Origin: an uncultured Methanoregulaceae archaeon
GTDB lineage: Archaea; Halobacteriota; Methanomicrobia; Methanomicrobiales; Methanospirillaceae
Length of the DNA stretch: 64,000 bases
NCBI GenBank assembly: GCA_963717525.1
Contig: OY970343.1
Location: 1,152,001 to 1,216,000, forward strand
Direction of reading: 5' to 3'
Numbering within the stretch: the first letter of the stretch is position 1; every line of letters starts with the position of its first letter. The notes below the pieces were generated by a model. The model ran no database searches, had not been told where the DNA came from, and worked only from the letters and a program-made list of their open reading frames with translations. Positions 29,847-41,345 of the stretch are shown here, one piece after another. The position numbers were made by a program, and so were the translations under genes.

Positions 29847-31843
29847 CGGCCAATTACCTCGCGGAACTTCTGGTAATCGCATTCGATCATCTCCTCCTGG
29901 ATCCACGCAGGCAGAGCCGAACGAACCCTCTTTTCGAGGAAACGCCGTTCGGCAAGTATCAGGACACCACGATCCTCCGGCGTACGCAGCACGCGCCCGA
30001 GGGCCTGGAGCGCCCGGTTAATCGCCGGGAGCGTATAACAGAGGAATTCACCCTCCTCCCCATACTTGTGCCGGAAATATTCGATGATCATCTTCCTGAC
30101 CCGGGTGAACGGTGCAAGCGGCAGGCCCACCACCATCGCCCCCGAGAGCATCTCCCCCCGGTAGTCGAGACCCTCGCTCCACTTCCCCCCGCAGACAGCA
30201 AACATGATCCCCGACTCACCCTGTGAGGGGAGCGCAAGGAACTCGTTGAGCGCGGCACCGGCACCTGCGGCATCCCGGGGCTCGATGTAGACTTTTCTCC
30301 GGCTGATGTGGGATGAGGCGAGCGCTGCATAGGATTCCAGGATCTGGTAACTCGGGAAGTAGATAGCGCGGTTTTTTTTGAGCGCCGCAAAAGCGGTAAT
30401 ATAGTGCACGATTTTATCCGTGTTCTCCTTGTTCTGCCGGAGGGAGTATGCGGTGGTGATGTCGGTCGCACAGCAGATGAGACGGTTCTCTTTGGGGAAC
30501 GAATTGGGCAGGGTAAGGGTTGCAACCTTTGCATCGTTAAAATAGAGCCGGCGGAAACTGTCGACCGGTGAGAGCGTCCCCGAGATCATGATACAGCAGG
30601 CATGGGTTGAACAGATCTCCGAAAGGGGAGCTGATGGATCGATATTTCTGACTTCAAGGACAATTCCCTCGTCGGTCCTTTTGTAGATGGTAAGATATGC
30701 CGGGTTATGGGAAGATTGTGTCAGCCGGTACATAAACGTGGTCAGGCGCTCGATCGCGGTCTCGCGAAACTCGCCGGCCTTCTGGTTCCTGTCCCGGATC
30801 GTCTCGGCAAGGCCCATGAGTTCATCGACAATGTCTCCCATATCCTTCCAGAGAGAACCCCGGACAATCGCCCGGTCGAATATCCCGGGATCGAACCAGT
30901 CTTCGGGTTCGGTCGAATTTGCCAGGCCCGCCATGAATTCCGTAAGCCGGGGAAGTACGTGCTGTACCGCCTCTGCCCCCTTGTGAAGTCGTTTCATTCC
31001 CGAGAGCTCGCGGGTCGCCTGTTCAAGATCCTTCTGGGCGAGCCCGGCGCTCTCGACGGACTGGATGACATCACCGCAGTTGTGGGCCTCGTCGATGAGG
31101 AGCATTACGTCCTGTTCCTCCACGTTAAGATTCGCGTAGAGCTGATCGCGGATCTCGCGGTCAAAGAGGTGGTGATAGTTCAGGATGATCACGTCTGCAT
31201 TCTTGGCGGCGTGCATCACCAGCTCGTACGGGCAGATGTCACCGGCAAATCCCCCAAGTTCCTGCGGGCGGATCGGGTCGGCAAGGACGCGGTCGGCTTT
31301 TGAACGCACTGCAGCAGATGGCACCATCTTGATGCCCCCGCTCTCTCCGGGAACAAACTGCCGGCTCGCGATAAAATAGGGGCAGATAAGCGGGTGTTCG
31401 CGGTCCATCCTGCGGATCTGCTGGACGATGAAGGGGTCTTTTATGGGAATGAGGGCGCCACGTTCGGCCCGCTCGCGCATAAGGGTAGATGAGAACGTCT
31501 TGACACCTTCACAGCGCCGGTAGACATCTCCTTCACCCCCGAGGGGGCAGATGCTTTTTTTCCCGACAAGGTAGACAGTCTTGAGTTCAGGCCGTTTCTT
31601 TTTTATGAGGGCAAGTTCCCGGACAAAGGTGGAGAGCTGGCTGACCGTGCGGACAGCGATCACGATCTTCCTGCCCCTGCGTTCTGATAACAACGAAGCG
31701 ACCACGCTCGATTTCCCGCTGCCGGTTGGCGCATCGATCATACCGATCCCGCCGTCGCGGGCGACCGTGGCCGCAAACTCAAGCATCTGTCGCTGGTTGG
31801 GGCGGTACTCGGTGTACGGGAAGAATGCATCGGGCGTGTCCAT
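29837..31843 (-). CDS. XPD/Rad3/DinG-family FeS helicase
   Basis: FPYTEYRPNQ, APTGSGKS, four FeS Cys (ICP, RC, ICPY, ICPY), DEAHN, SGTLSP, SEGLDY and QALGRVLR. Confidence 0.92.
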   Translation of the reverse strand: MDTPDAFFPYTEYRPNQRQMLEFAATVARDGGIGMIDAPTGSGKSSVVASLLSERRGRKIVIAVRTVSQLSTFVRELALIKKKRPELKTVYLVGKKSICPLGGEGDVYRRCEGVKTFSSTLMRERAERGALIPIKDPFIVQQIRRMDREHPLICPYFIASRQFVPGESGGIKMVPSAAVRSKADRVLADPIRPQELGGFAGDICPYELVMHAAKNADVIILNYHHLFDREIRDQLYANLNVEEQDVMLLIDEAHNCGDVIQSVESAGLAQKDLEQATRELSGMKRLHKGAEAVQHVLPRLTEFMAGLANSTEPEDWFDPGIFDRAIVRGSLWKDMGDIVDELMGLAETIRDRNQKAGEFRETAIERLTTFMYRLTQSSHNPAYLTIYKRTDEGIVLEVRNIDPSAPLSEICSTHACCIMISGTLSPVDSFRRLYFNDAKVATLTLPNSFPKENRLICCATDITTAYSLRQNKENTDKIVHYITAFAALKKNRAIYFPSYQILESYAALASSHISRRKVYIEPRDAAGAGAALNEFLALPSQGESGIMFAVCGGKWSEGLDYRGEMLSGAMVVGLPLAPFTRVRKMIIEYFRHKYGEEGEFLCYTLPAINRALQALGRVLRTPEDRGVLILAERRFLEKRVRSALPAWIQEEMIECDYQKFREVIGRWK

Positions 31844-31950
31844 GCACCGTACCTGTTTGCGCGGGGAGGTATTATGGGCGTCGGAAATGTACGCGGCTGC
31901 GTTGAGATACAGGCTCAACTCTAATATTCCCGTACAACCCATCTGTTCTC

Positions 31951-33292
31951 ATGGCAGTCCACCCCATCGAGTACCGGTATGGCACACCGGAAATGCGAGC
32001 CGTCTGGAGCGAGGAGAACCGGTTTTCCTGCGTTGTCGCGGTCGAAGCAGCGCTCGCGCAGGCGGAAGCAGCACAGGGTATGATCCCCCGGGATGCGGCA
32101 GGGGAGATCGCAAAGAACGCATCCCGGGCATCGCTTGCCCGTGCAAAGGAGATCGAGGAAGAGATCAGCCACGACATGATGGCGATCGTAAAGGCGGTCT
32201 CGGAGGTCTGCGGCGACTCGGGGCGGTGGGTGCATTACGGTGCCACCTCCAATGACATCCTCGATACGGCGACCGGGCTCCAGCTCGCCCAGGCTATGGA
32301 TCTCATTGACGCAAAACTGCAAAATCTCCTCCGGGTATTGATACGAAGGGCGGAAGAGACGATCACGCTTGTTGCGGTGGGCCGGACGCACGGGCAGCAG
32401 GGCGTCCCGACTACGTACGGCCTCAGGTTTGCCATCTGGGCAAGCGAAGTAGGCCGGCATATCGAACGCCTCGAACAGCTCCGTCCCCGGGTGGCGGTGG
32501 GGCAGATGACCGGTGCGGTGGGGACGCAGGCTGCTCTCGGGCCAAAGGGCATGGAGGTACAGGCAGCGATGATGGAGATCCTGCACCTCTCCCCGGTGGA
32601 TGTCTCAAACCAGGTCATCTCGCGGGACCGGTACGCAGAGTACTTCATGTTCCTTGCCAATGTCGCAACAACGCTCGATAAGATTGGTATTGAGATCCGT
32701 TCCCTCCAGCGCACCGAGATCGGCGAGGTGGAGGAAGCCTTTGGCGCCCACCAGGTAGGCTCCTCCACGATGCCGCACAAACGCAATCCGATAAAATCCG
32801 AGCAGGTCTGCGGCCTGGCCCGGATCGTGAGAGCATCAGTCGAACCCGCGCTCCTCAACAATACGCTCTGGGACGAGCGGGATCTCACCAACTCCTCCTG
32901 CGAACGGGTACTCTTCCCCGAAGCATCCATCCTTACCGATCACTGTCTCCGGCTCATGACAACGGTTCTCGACAAGCTGGAGATCAACCGGGCGGCGATC
33001 AGGAGGAACCTCGGGTTTCTCCACGGCATCAATATGGCGGAATCCGTGATGATCGAGCTCACCCGGCGCGGCATGAACCGCCAGGATGCCCATGAAAGGG
33101 TGAGGATGGCAAGCATGCAGGCACTCGCCGAGAGCCGGCCGCTTGCGGATGTGCTCGGGGAAGATCCCGAAATAATACGGGTACTGTTCACGAAATGACC
33201 TTGGGACCCTTCTCGCGCCGGATGCCTATATTGGCACTTCAGTGGCACAGGTAAACCGGGTAATCGGAAAACTCTCGCCCCTCGTACGGTGA
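31951..33292 (+). CDS. purB: Adenylosuccinate lyase (~446 aa; C-terminus frameshifted at ~33181)
   Basis: HYGATSNDI, GRTHGQ and GSSTMPHKRNP. The +1 frame continues RYCSRNDLGTLLAPDAYIG... to TGA at 33292. Confidence 0.95.
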
Positions 33293-33530
33293 TTTTCTTA
33301 CCAGGGTCCCGGGGATTCCCTGGCCATTTTTCCTCCACCGGAAATATCCAGAACGGGGAAGAAGGATCCGGTGTGCACGATCTCCCTCATGAGTGGAGAG
33401 GGCATCATCCTCAGAGAGGACGAGAGAAGGAAAACCAGGCCAAAACAGTTTTTTACCGGATTTGTTTCACAGAGAGGGTAAAAACGATAATGACAGGTTT
33501 ATAGGGTGACAGGGTAAAACCAAGGTAATC

Positions 33531-35333
33531 ATGGAGCGGCACATCAGCATCCGGGGATACCGTGTATCTCATACGGATTTTGTCCGCTTCATCGTTATTG
33601 CCTCGCTTACCCTTTCCTCGATCCTGATAACGGCGATCGCTCTTGTCAGGAATGCTGAGGCCATTTATCCCCAGCTCTTCTATTTCCCCATCCTGTACGC
33701 GACCTATTTTTATCCCAAGCGCGGGATCATCCTCTCCGGCATCTGCGGTGTAGTCTATGAATGCCTTGTATACTTCTCGCTCTTCCCGGATACACTGGCC
33801 CTGTGGTCATCTACCGGCCAGGCAATACTCTTTATCTGCATCGCACTTGCCGTTGCCTATTTTACCAACATGATCCGGGTCTCTGAAGCCCGCTACCGCA
33901 GTATTTTTGAAAACTCCCTCCTTGGAGTTATCCTCTTTGATAAGAACCGGTTCACGATCCGTCTTGCCAACCAGCAGGTAGCAACAATGCTCGGCTATAC
34001 CGTTGAGGATTTCAGCCGTATGGCATTTTCAGACCTTTTTTTCTCGCGTGACCTCCAGCGTCAGTTTTTTGAACACCTTGGATCGGGGCAGAACATCAGG
34101 AATTTCGAGACCTGTTTTGCCACAAAGACCGGTGAGCCCCACTGGGTCAACCTTTCCTGGAGCCGTATCGACGATACTATCGTTAGCTGCTCGATCACCG
34201 ATATCAATGCGGAGAAACGTGCACGGGAGCTTGCGGCTGACAGTTCAACCCGGTACCAGCAGGTGACCGAGAACTCCCCCACCGGTATCGTGATCACGGA
34301 ACACACGAAAATTCTCTTTGCCAACCCGGCATTTTCCACATTCTCCGGGTACGGACCGGAAGAATGCATAGGCAGGGATATTGCCGAAAGCGTCCTTGAC
34401 GATGACAAGGACAGGTTCGGGACATTTGCGGGGCGGTGGGATATTCCGGCCCCGGTACCAGCTCGCTCGGAGTTCCGGTTTATCACAAAAAAAGGAGAGA
34501 TCCGGCGTGCGGTCCTCTACTTCACCCCAATCACCCGGAATAACCGGCCTGCAGGACTTGTTAATTTTGTTGACAATACCGAATGGGAAGAATACCGGGA
34601 GCGGATAGAACAGACCAAGGAACGGCGGCGCGAAATGATGCGGGCTGTTGCCCACGATCTCAGGACACCACTCCAGCCGGTGCTGGGATATCTCAACCTG
34701 CTCCTCCAGGACCCCCAGTCTTTCGGGATAACTGACGAGACCCGACAGATCCTTGAACGGTGCGCAAAAAGTGTGGACCAGGAGCGCCAGATTATCAACC
34801 AGATGCTGGAACTTTCAGTGCTCGAAGGGGAGGAAACCAGCCTTGACTATTCCGTCTTTTCCGTGGGGGGGATGGTCAACGCAGTAATAGCAGGCGGAGG
34901 ATATGCCCTCAAGGCAGAGATCGCGATCGATATCCCGGCGGACCTCCTCATTGAGGCAGATCGCCAGAAACTGTCCTACATTATCGATGTGCTGGTTGCA
35001 AACGGGGTGAGTTATTCCAAGCCGCCAAAAAAGATCTGGATTACCTACCGAGGCTCACCGTCTCACCCGTTCCACCGGCTTGCAATACAGGACAACGGCG
35101 TAGGTATCACCGAAGCCCAGCTCGACGCGATCTTCAAACCCGAAGAAGGGGGCAGCACAGAATCCTCCCGCCAGGGATTGGGAGGGTCCGGCTTATCGCT
35201 TGCCATTGCAAAGAAGTACGTCCAGCTGCACGGGGGGTATATCAGCGTGGACAGTACTGTGAACATCGGGAGCACGTTTACCATCCATATCCCGAAAAAA
35301 AGACCAGAAAAGGCTAATCACCATGATACGTAA
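33531..35333 (+). CDS. Membrane PAS-PAS sensor histidine kinase
   Basis: TM module, two PAS, AHDLRTPL, QDNGVGI and GSGLSL. Confidence 0.9.
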   Translation: MERHISIRGYRVSHTDFVRFIVIASLTLSSILITAIALVRNAEAIYPQLFYFPILYATYFYPKRGIILSGICGVVYECLVYFSLFPDTLALWSSTGQAILFICIALAVAYFTNMIRVSEARYRSIFENSLLGVILFDKNRFTIRLANQQVATMLGYTVEDFSRMAFSDLFFSRDLQRQFFEHLGSGQNIRNFETCFATKTGEPHWVNLSWSRIDDTIVSCSITDINAEKRARELAADSSTRYQQVTENSPTGIVITEHTKILFANPAFSTFSGYGPEECIGRDIAESVLDDDKDRFGTFAGRWDIPAPVPARSEFRFITKKGEIRRAVLYFTPITRNNRPAGLVNFVDNTEWEEYRERIEQTKERRREMMRAVAHDLRTPLQPVLGYLNLLLQDPQSFGITDETRQILERCAKSVDQERQIINQMLELSVLEGEETSLDYSVFSVGGMVNAVIAGGGYALKAEIAIDIPADLLIEADRQKLSYIIDVLVANGVSYSKPPKKIWITYRGSPSHPFHRLAIQDNGVGITEAQLDAIFKPEEGGSTESSRQGLGGSGLSLAIAKKYVQLHGGYISVDSTVNIGSTFTIHIPKKRPEKANHHDT

Positions 35334-35688
35334 GATTGTTGTAATCGAGGACGATCAGCCGATCCTCGACCTGATGGGCATCCTGCTGAAGAAACTGGGA
35401 TATGAGCCGGTGCTTATCGCGAACGGGCTCGATGCACTGACCTCTGTACGGGCAGATCCTCCGGCCCTGATCCTGCTTGACATCATGATGTCGCCGCTCT
35501 CGGGTTGGGAATTCCTTGAACGCCTGCGGACGGAATATAACCTGCGGGAAATCCCTGTGATACTCTTTACTGCATCACCCACGGTTCCGGAAAGGATGAA
35601 ACAACTCAATGATCCCAGACTGGGAATTCTCCAGAAACCGGTCACCTTCGACGAACTCAGAACCGCGCTCGCCCAGTTTCTCGATTAG
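35323..35688 (+). CDS. Single-domain response regulator (CheY-like)
   Basis: VIEDD, LLDIMMSP, FTA and QKP; overlaps the kinase stop. Confidence 0.92.
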   Translation: MIRKIVVIEDDQPILDLMGILLKKLGYEPVLIANGLDALTSVRADPPALILLDIMMSPLSGWEFLERLRTEYNLREIPVILFTASPTVPERMKQLNDPRLGILQKPVTFDELRTALAQFLD

Positions 35689-35877
35689 CATTCCCGTGGA
35701 ACAGGGCACGGCCTTTTTTTCGACAAAGGCTCCCGAATCCTGCCTGGTGCGGGTTCTTTTGAATGAATAAAAGTCTGAGTGCAGACCAGCCGGCAGGCCG
35801 GGACATGCACTATTAATTATGTTGGAAAACGATGGGAATATGGGTGAGGATTTAACCCGGCTCTGCCGGAGGCAGCC

Positions 35878-38800
35878 ATGATCTCGGTCCTGTATGTTGA
35901 TGACGAATCAGCACTCCTTGAAGTAACAAAAGACTTTATGGAGAGAGGAGAGGGGTTTAAGGTTGACACGGCCATCTCGGCTCGCGAGGCCATAGAAAAA
36001 CTGAAGGCAGAACGGTACGATGCTCTGGTCGCAGATTACCTGATGCCGGAAATGGACGGCCTTGAACTCCTCAGGTATCTCCGCCCGCGCTGCAACGGGA
36101 TGCCTTTTATCCTTTTTACCGGGAAAGGCGGGGAGGAGGTGGCGATTGAAGCCCTCAATGCAGGCGCTGATTTCTATGTCCAGAAAAAGGGGTCACCCCG
36201 GACCCAGTTTGCGGAACTTGAGACAAAGATACGGTCGGCCGTCGCACGGCGGCAGAGCGAACTTGCGCTCCGAAGGTCAGAAGAGAATTTCCGGTCCCTC
36301 GTGGAAGGCCTCACGGACGTCATCTTTACCCTCAATGAAGAGGGAATAATCGCATATATAAATCCCGGTATACGCCGGTTCGGCCATGAACCCAAAGACC
36401 TGATCGGCAGGGACTTTGCCACGCTGGTCAGTGCGGAAGATATCCCGGCCGTCGCACGCCAGCTTGCCGATGTTAAACAGGGCTTGCCCGTATCGTTTGA
36501 GTTCAGGATGACCGATGCGAGCGGGCAGCCGCACAGTGTCCGGGCAGCCTGCAGCCCACGGACGGACCATGGACGGTTCATCGGCGGGCAGGGTCAGATC
36601 ACTGATGTCACTGAAACAAAAAACGATGATGACCAGGTGCACAGGCGCATGGATTTGCACCAGGTGCTTTTCAATCTCTCTCCCGACGTGATGCTGGTTA
36701 TCGACCCGGAAACCGGCCTTCCTGTTGAATGTAATGACGGGGCATGCCACCAGCTGGGCTATACCCGTGAAGAGTTTATGGGGTACAACCTGAAGGAGGG
36801 GGAGGTTGCAGATGTACCGCAGAAGATCCGGGAAATGATCCCGGAGATCCTGCAGAAAGGCCAGGCAACCTTCGAGACCCGGCACCGGACCAGAGACGGC
36901 GGGATCCGGGACATGGTTGTGACGGCACGTGTTTTCGACGATGGCACTACCAAGAAAATCGGGGCAATAGTCCATGATGCTACAGAAGAAAACGAGCAGA
37001 AGCGAATCATTTCAGGGCAGGTGCAGAGACTGCATGAGACCTTTGAACAGTCCCCTCTTGCCCAGTTGATCCTCTTTCCTGATGGCCATATAATCAGTGT
37101 TAACCGGGCAGGTGCGGATCTGCTGGGCTGCCCCGTGCACGATATGACGGGAAGATCTGTCGTCGAATTTATGGATAACGGCGAACATGCACGGTTCTCT
37201 GAAAGCCTTGGTGAACTCGCGCGATCCGGCAGTATCCACGCAACCCGGTTTTCCCTCGCTCCCAGGGATGGCAGGAAACCTGTAATCTCCCTTGATGGCA
37301 CGGTCGTCAAAGGTAGTAACGGAGAGATTTGCCAGCTGCTGGTCAGCCTCACCGATATCACCGGATGGGAGAGAGAAACAGCAGGCCTCAAGGAGCTCGC
37401 TACAACAACAGGAGCAGTTATCGCCGGAGCCCGTGAAGGGATATTTGTCTGCACCCCGGATCTGCGCATCACCGGCTGGAATCCTGCGATGGAAGATATC
37501 ACCGGTATTGCAGCACCGGACGCCCTGGGGCAGACTGCCGGCAGACCTGTTGCCGCCTCTCGGGGAAACGGGGGAGGACTCACCGGCGGCGCGTGCACTG
37601 GCCGGTGAGATCGTCGCCACTCCCGATTTCCGGTATGAGTATCCCGCAGCCGGGAAACGGGGATGGGCACGGGCGATATTCTCCCCGCTGCGTGATGCCT
37701 CCGGAAAGATTACGGGGATCATCGGGGTGGTGCAGGAAATAACCGCCCGCATAAAAACACTATTGAGGATAAAAGCGGCAAACCGGCTCTATGCCATCAG
37801 CGCACACGTCAGCGCCACTGCTTCTGTTGTCCACGAGCTGGAGGCGCTGCTTGCCGAAACCTGCCGGATAGCGGTTGACGGCGATACCGTATCGATGGCC
37901 TGGATAGGGCTTTTCGATCATGCGGCCGGCATCCTCCGTCCGGTGGCGCAGGCCGGCACCGGGGGGAATTACCAAAGGGGGGATACCCGATCAACGGTCC
38001 TGGTGAGGGCGGCGGGCTGGCCGGTGACGCGATTCGCACGGGAGCTCCCGCAATCTCCAGCGATACCGAAACTGATCCGGCCGCAGAGCCATGGAGGGAC
38101 GATGCACTCCGGGATGGGTACCGGTCGGAATCTGCCATACCCTTCCGGCTCAAGGGGGAGATCGTGGGCGTCCTGACCCTCTGTTCCGATGAACCATTCG
38201 CGTTTTCAGGAGAAGAGGCAGATGTACTCACGCTCCTCGGTTCCACGCTCTCTTCGGCGCTTGACCTCCTTGATAAAAAAACACTCCAGCGCCGGGCCGG
38301 AAAGGGGGCCACGGGAGCTGGGAGCGGACCCGGTTCTTGGCGGACGGGATCGAATCTGCTGCCGTCCCGTTTGCTGCAGTATATGCTGACGGGAGCACCG
38401 GGGCGGTGAACGCAGCTCTCTGTACTCTGCTCGGTTACACTGAGGATGAGGTGCTTTCACTCCCATTAACAAACCTCCTTGACCTGCCTGCACATGACGG
38501 GGACCGGTTCCAACAGGTACTTGCCACAAAAAAGCCGGACCGTTTCGAGAGCAGTATCAGGAAAAAGGACGGTACCTGCTCCCCCGCCGAACTATTCCTC
38601 CAGGCAATCACGGACGAGACCAGTGGCCAGCCCTGTGTTGGCGTTTTTATCACGGATATCTCCGACAGGAAACAGCGCACAGATCTGCTTGACCGTGAGC
38701 GATTGCAGTACCGCACGTTCTTTGAGACATGCAGCGCCGCTCTCATGATCACGACCCCTGAGGGAACCGTCCTTGCCGCAAATCCAGCGGCATGCCGGTT

Positions 38801-40808
38801 GTTTGGCCAGACGGTTGATGCATTGCGGTCAGCGGGTGGTGGCGGTCTTGCAGGTACCGGAGATCCCCGGTTTCTGGAACTCGTGCGGACGTGCGGTGAG
38901 GCGGGAAGCGCTGACGGTGAACTGCGGTTCATACGGGGAGATGGTACACCGGTTGATGCGATGGTATTCGCTACCCGATTCCCGGATCATGACGGCAGCC
39001 CTGCGTTGAACCTGGTGCTCTTGGATCTTACGGAATACAAAAAGGCCACAAAGGCACGGATACAGGAGCAGGATATGGCCGTGGCCATTCTCGACAGCCT
39101 GCCAAATCCCGTACGGAGATCCGATCCCAGCGGCGAGGCCATCTTTTTCAACAGGGCGTGGCTCGCGTTCACCGGGAGGGATAAGTCCGACGAAAAGGGG
39201 GATGGCTGGACAGAGGGGATCCATCCCGACGATTGGAACCGCTACCGGGAGGCTGTCAGGGAGAATGAGACGGGCCGGGGGACGGCCGGTGTAGAATACC
39301 GTCTCCGGTATAATTCCGGTGAATACCGGTGGATCCGGGAGTTCAGAATACCCGAACCTGCACCTGGCGGCACAGGAGCCGGGTTCATCCATTCCTGCTA
39401 CGACATCCATGAGTACCGGCAGGCTGTCGAGGCACTGGAAGAGGAAAAAACACAGTACCGGGCTATCATCGAGAGCACAGCAGATGCAACCCTTCTGGTA
39501 AGCGGGAAGGTTGCAGATTGCAACGAGGCGGCGACCCGGCTGTTTGCCTGTACCCGCGAGGATCTTATCGGGCACGGCCCGCTGGAGTATTCTCCCCGGT
39601 ACCAGCCGGATGGGAGGGTATCTGCCGATGCCGCGCGGGAGTACCTTGAGGCGGCCCGTGGAGGAACGCCGCAGGTGTTCGACTGGGTCAGTATGAAGGG
39701 TGATGGTACAATGTTCGAGACCAATATCACTCTGACCGCGCTGGACATCGACGGGGAACGGCGGGTACTCGCCGTTATTAAGGATGTGACGGAACAAAAC
39801 CGGGCTGAACGCGAGATCCAGAGGCTTGCTGCCTACCCGCAGATGAACCCGAACCCGGTCATTGAGGTCAGGCAGGACCGGACAATCACCTATGCCAATC
39901 CGGCCACTGCTGCGGTGCTCTCCTCGCTCGGCCTGCCGGATGATCCGGCTGCGTTTTTGCCGGCAGATTTTGATGAGATCGCAGGATCCGAAGATCCGGC
40001 ACAGCCGATGATGAAAGGGCGCGTGGTGCAGATCAAGGAGCGATCGTTCCACGAGTCGGTCTGCGCTGCCCCGGGGCATGCTCCCCTCAGGATCTACGCC
40101 TACGATATCACTGACCGGGTTCAGGCAATGGAAGCGCTCGCGTACGCCAATCACAAACTGGGCATCCTCACGAGTATCACCCGGCACGATATCCAGAACA
40201 AACTTACCGGGGTGATCGGGTACCTTGACCTGCTCCGGGTTTCCCTGCGTGATCCGCAGTTGATAGACTTCCTTGACAAGGCAGAATCTTCGGCTGACGC
40301 CATCCGGCACCACATCGATTTCACCAAGGATTATGAGTCTCTCGGGGGCACAGCCCCGGTCTGGCAGGAGATCGCTCCCATCCTTGCCGATATCAGGTCT
40401 CACTTTGACCTCGGAAAGGTTACCTTTGATGGCCCTGCTCCGGGTTTTACAGTCTTTGCCGACCCGATGTTTACCAAAGTACTGTACAACCTCTGCGACA
40501 ACTCGCTGCGCCATGGGGTGCATGTCCGGCATATACGGATTCACTGCGAGCCGAATGAATCCGGGTGCATGCTCATCTATAAGGACGATGGCATAGGAAT
40601 CCCGCAGGACAAGAAGGAACTGATCTTCGAACGCGGTTACACCACCTCGTCCGGCTCCGGAAAATCATCAGGCCTCGGCCTGTTCCTGGCCCGGGACATT
40701 CTCGCTATCTCCGGGATCGCAATAAAAGAGACCGGTGTACCCGGCGCAGGCTGCCGGTTCGAGATGTTTATCCCCCCCGGGAAGTGGAGGAGCAGGCCGG
40801 CAGAATAA
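35878..40808 (+). CDS. Large REC-multi-PAS-GAF histidine kinase (~1640 aa, 3 frameshifts)
   Basis: REC (YVDDE, DYLMPEMDG, FTGKG), several PAS, GAF (MAWIG...GYRSESAIPF...GVLTL), more PAS, TRHDIQNK, DDGIGIP and GLGLF. Shifts at ~37530, ~37965 and ~38305, in or next to G runs. Confidence 0.8.
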
Positions 40809-40906
40809 CTGCGATGCACTTTGTGAGGAGTTCTGCGCAGAGACGCTGCAAATTCATCTGAGGGACATTACCTATTCTGTAAACAGATCTCCGGACTCGT
40901 ACGCTG

Positions 40907-41070
40907 ACCCCACCTCACTTTTTTGGAACTGGTGGGAAACATCTTTTACCTCCTTTTCGGAAAAATCCTTGATGCATAACAAAGGGGGGAGCCCCTCACC
41001 TCCCTCACTTCATTTTTTGAACAGGGGGTCACCCCCTCCCCTTGTCTGCGTGAATGTGGGGGGTACCCCC
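40907..41070. repeat. Cluster of short G-run/C-run palindromes and a degenerate direct repeat
   Basis: GGGGGAGCCCC (40985-40995), GGGGGTCACCCCC (41024-41036) and GGGGGTACCCCC (41059-41070). CCTCACTT..TTTT(G)GAAC occurs twice (~40913 and ~41003). Confidence 0.45.
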
Positions 41071-41345
41071 ATGGGTTTTGGATGCCAGAAGACCGGGCAT
41101 TGAAAACGGGAGCCGGGCTGGCATCCGCACACTACACGAATCTGATCTTTATCAATCCCCTGCCCTTATGCCCCTTCGGGAGCGGCAGCTCGTATCGTTC
41201 GGGAGGGAACAGGAACACTCCAAAACTCATCATTGTGACATTCCTGACAGGACCCGGACAATCCGGTCTGGATCTACAAAAAAATTTTAAAAAATGCCTT
41301 CCCTTTCTATAATCCCTGCCGAAGGAAAAAGGAGAGGGGGAAAGA

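Noticed and set aside
40907..41036. Replication origin (ORB) call
   Set aside because: The resemblance is only partial, the TTCCA...GAAA dyad is incomplete and no cdc6/orc1 is adjacent. Kept only as an unexplained repeat.
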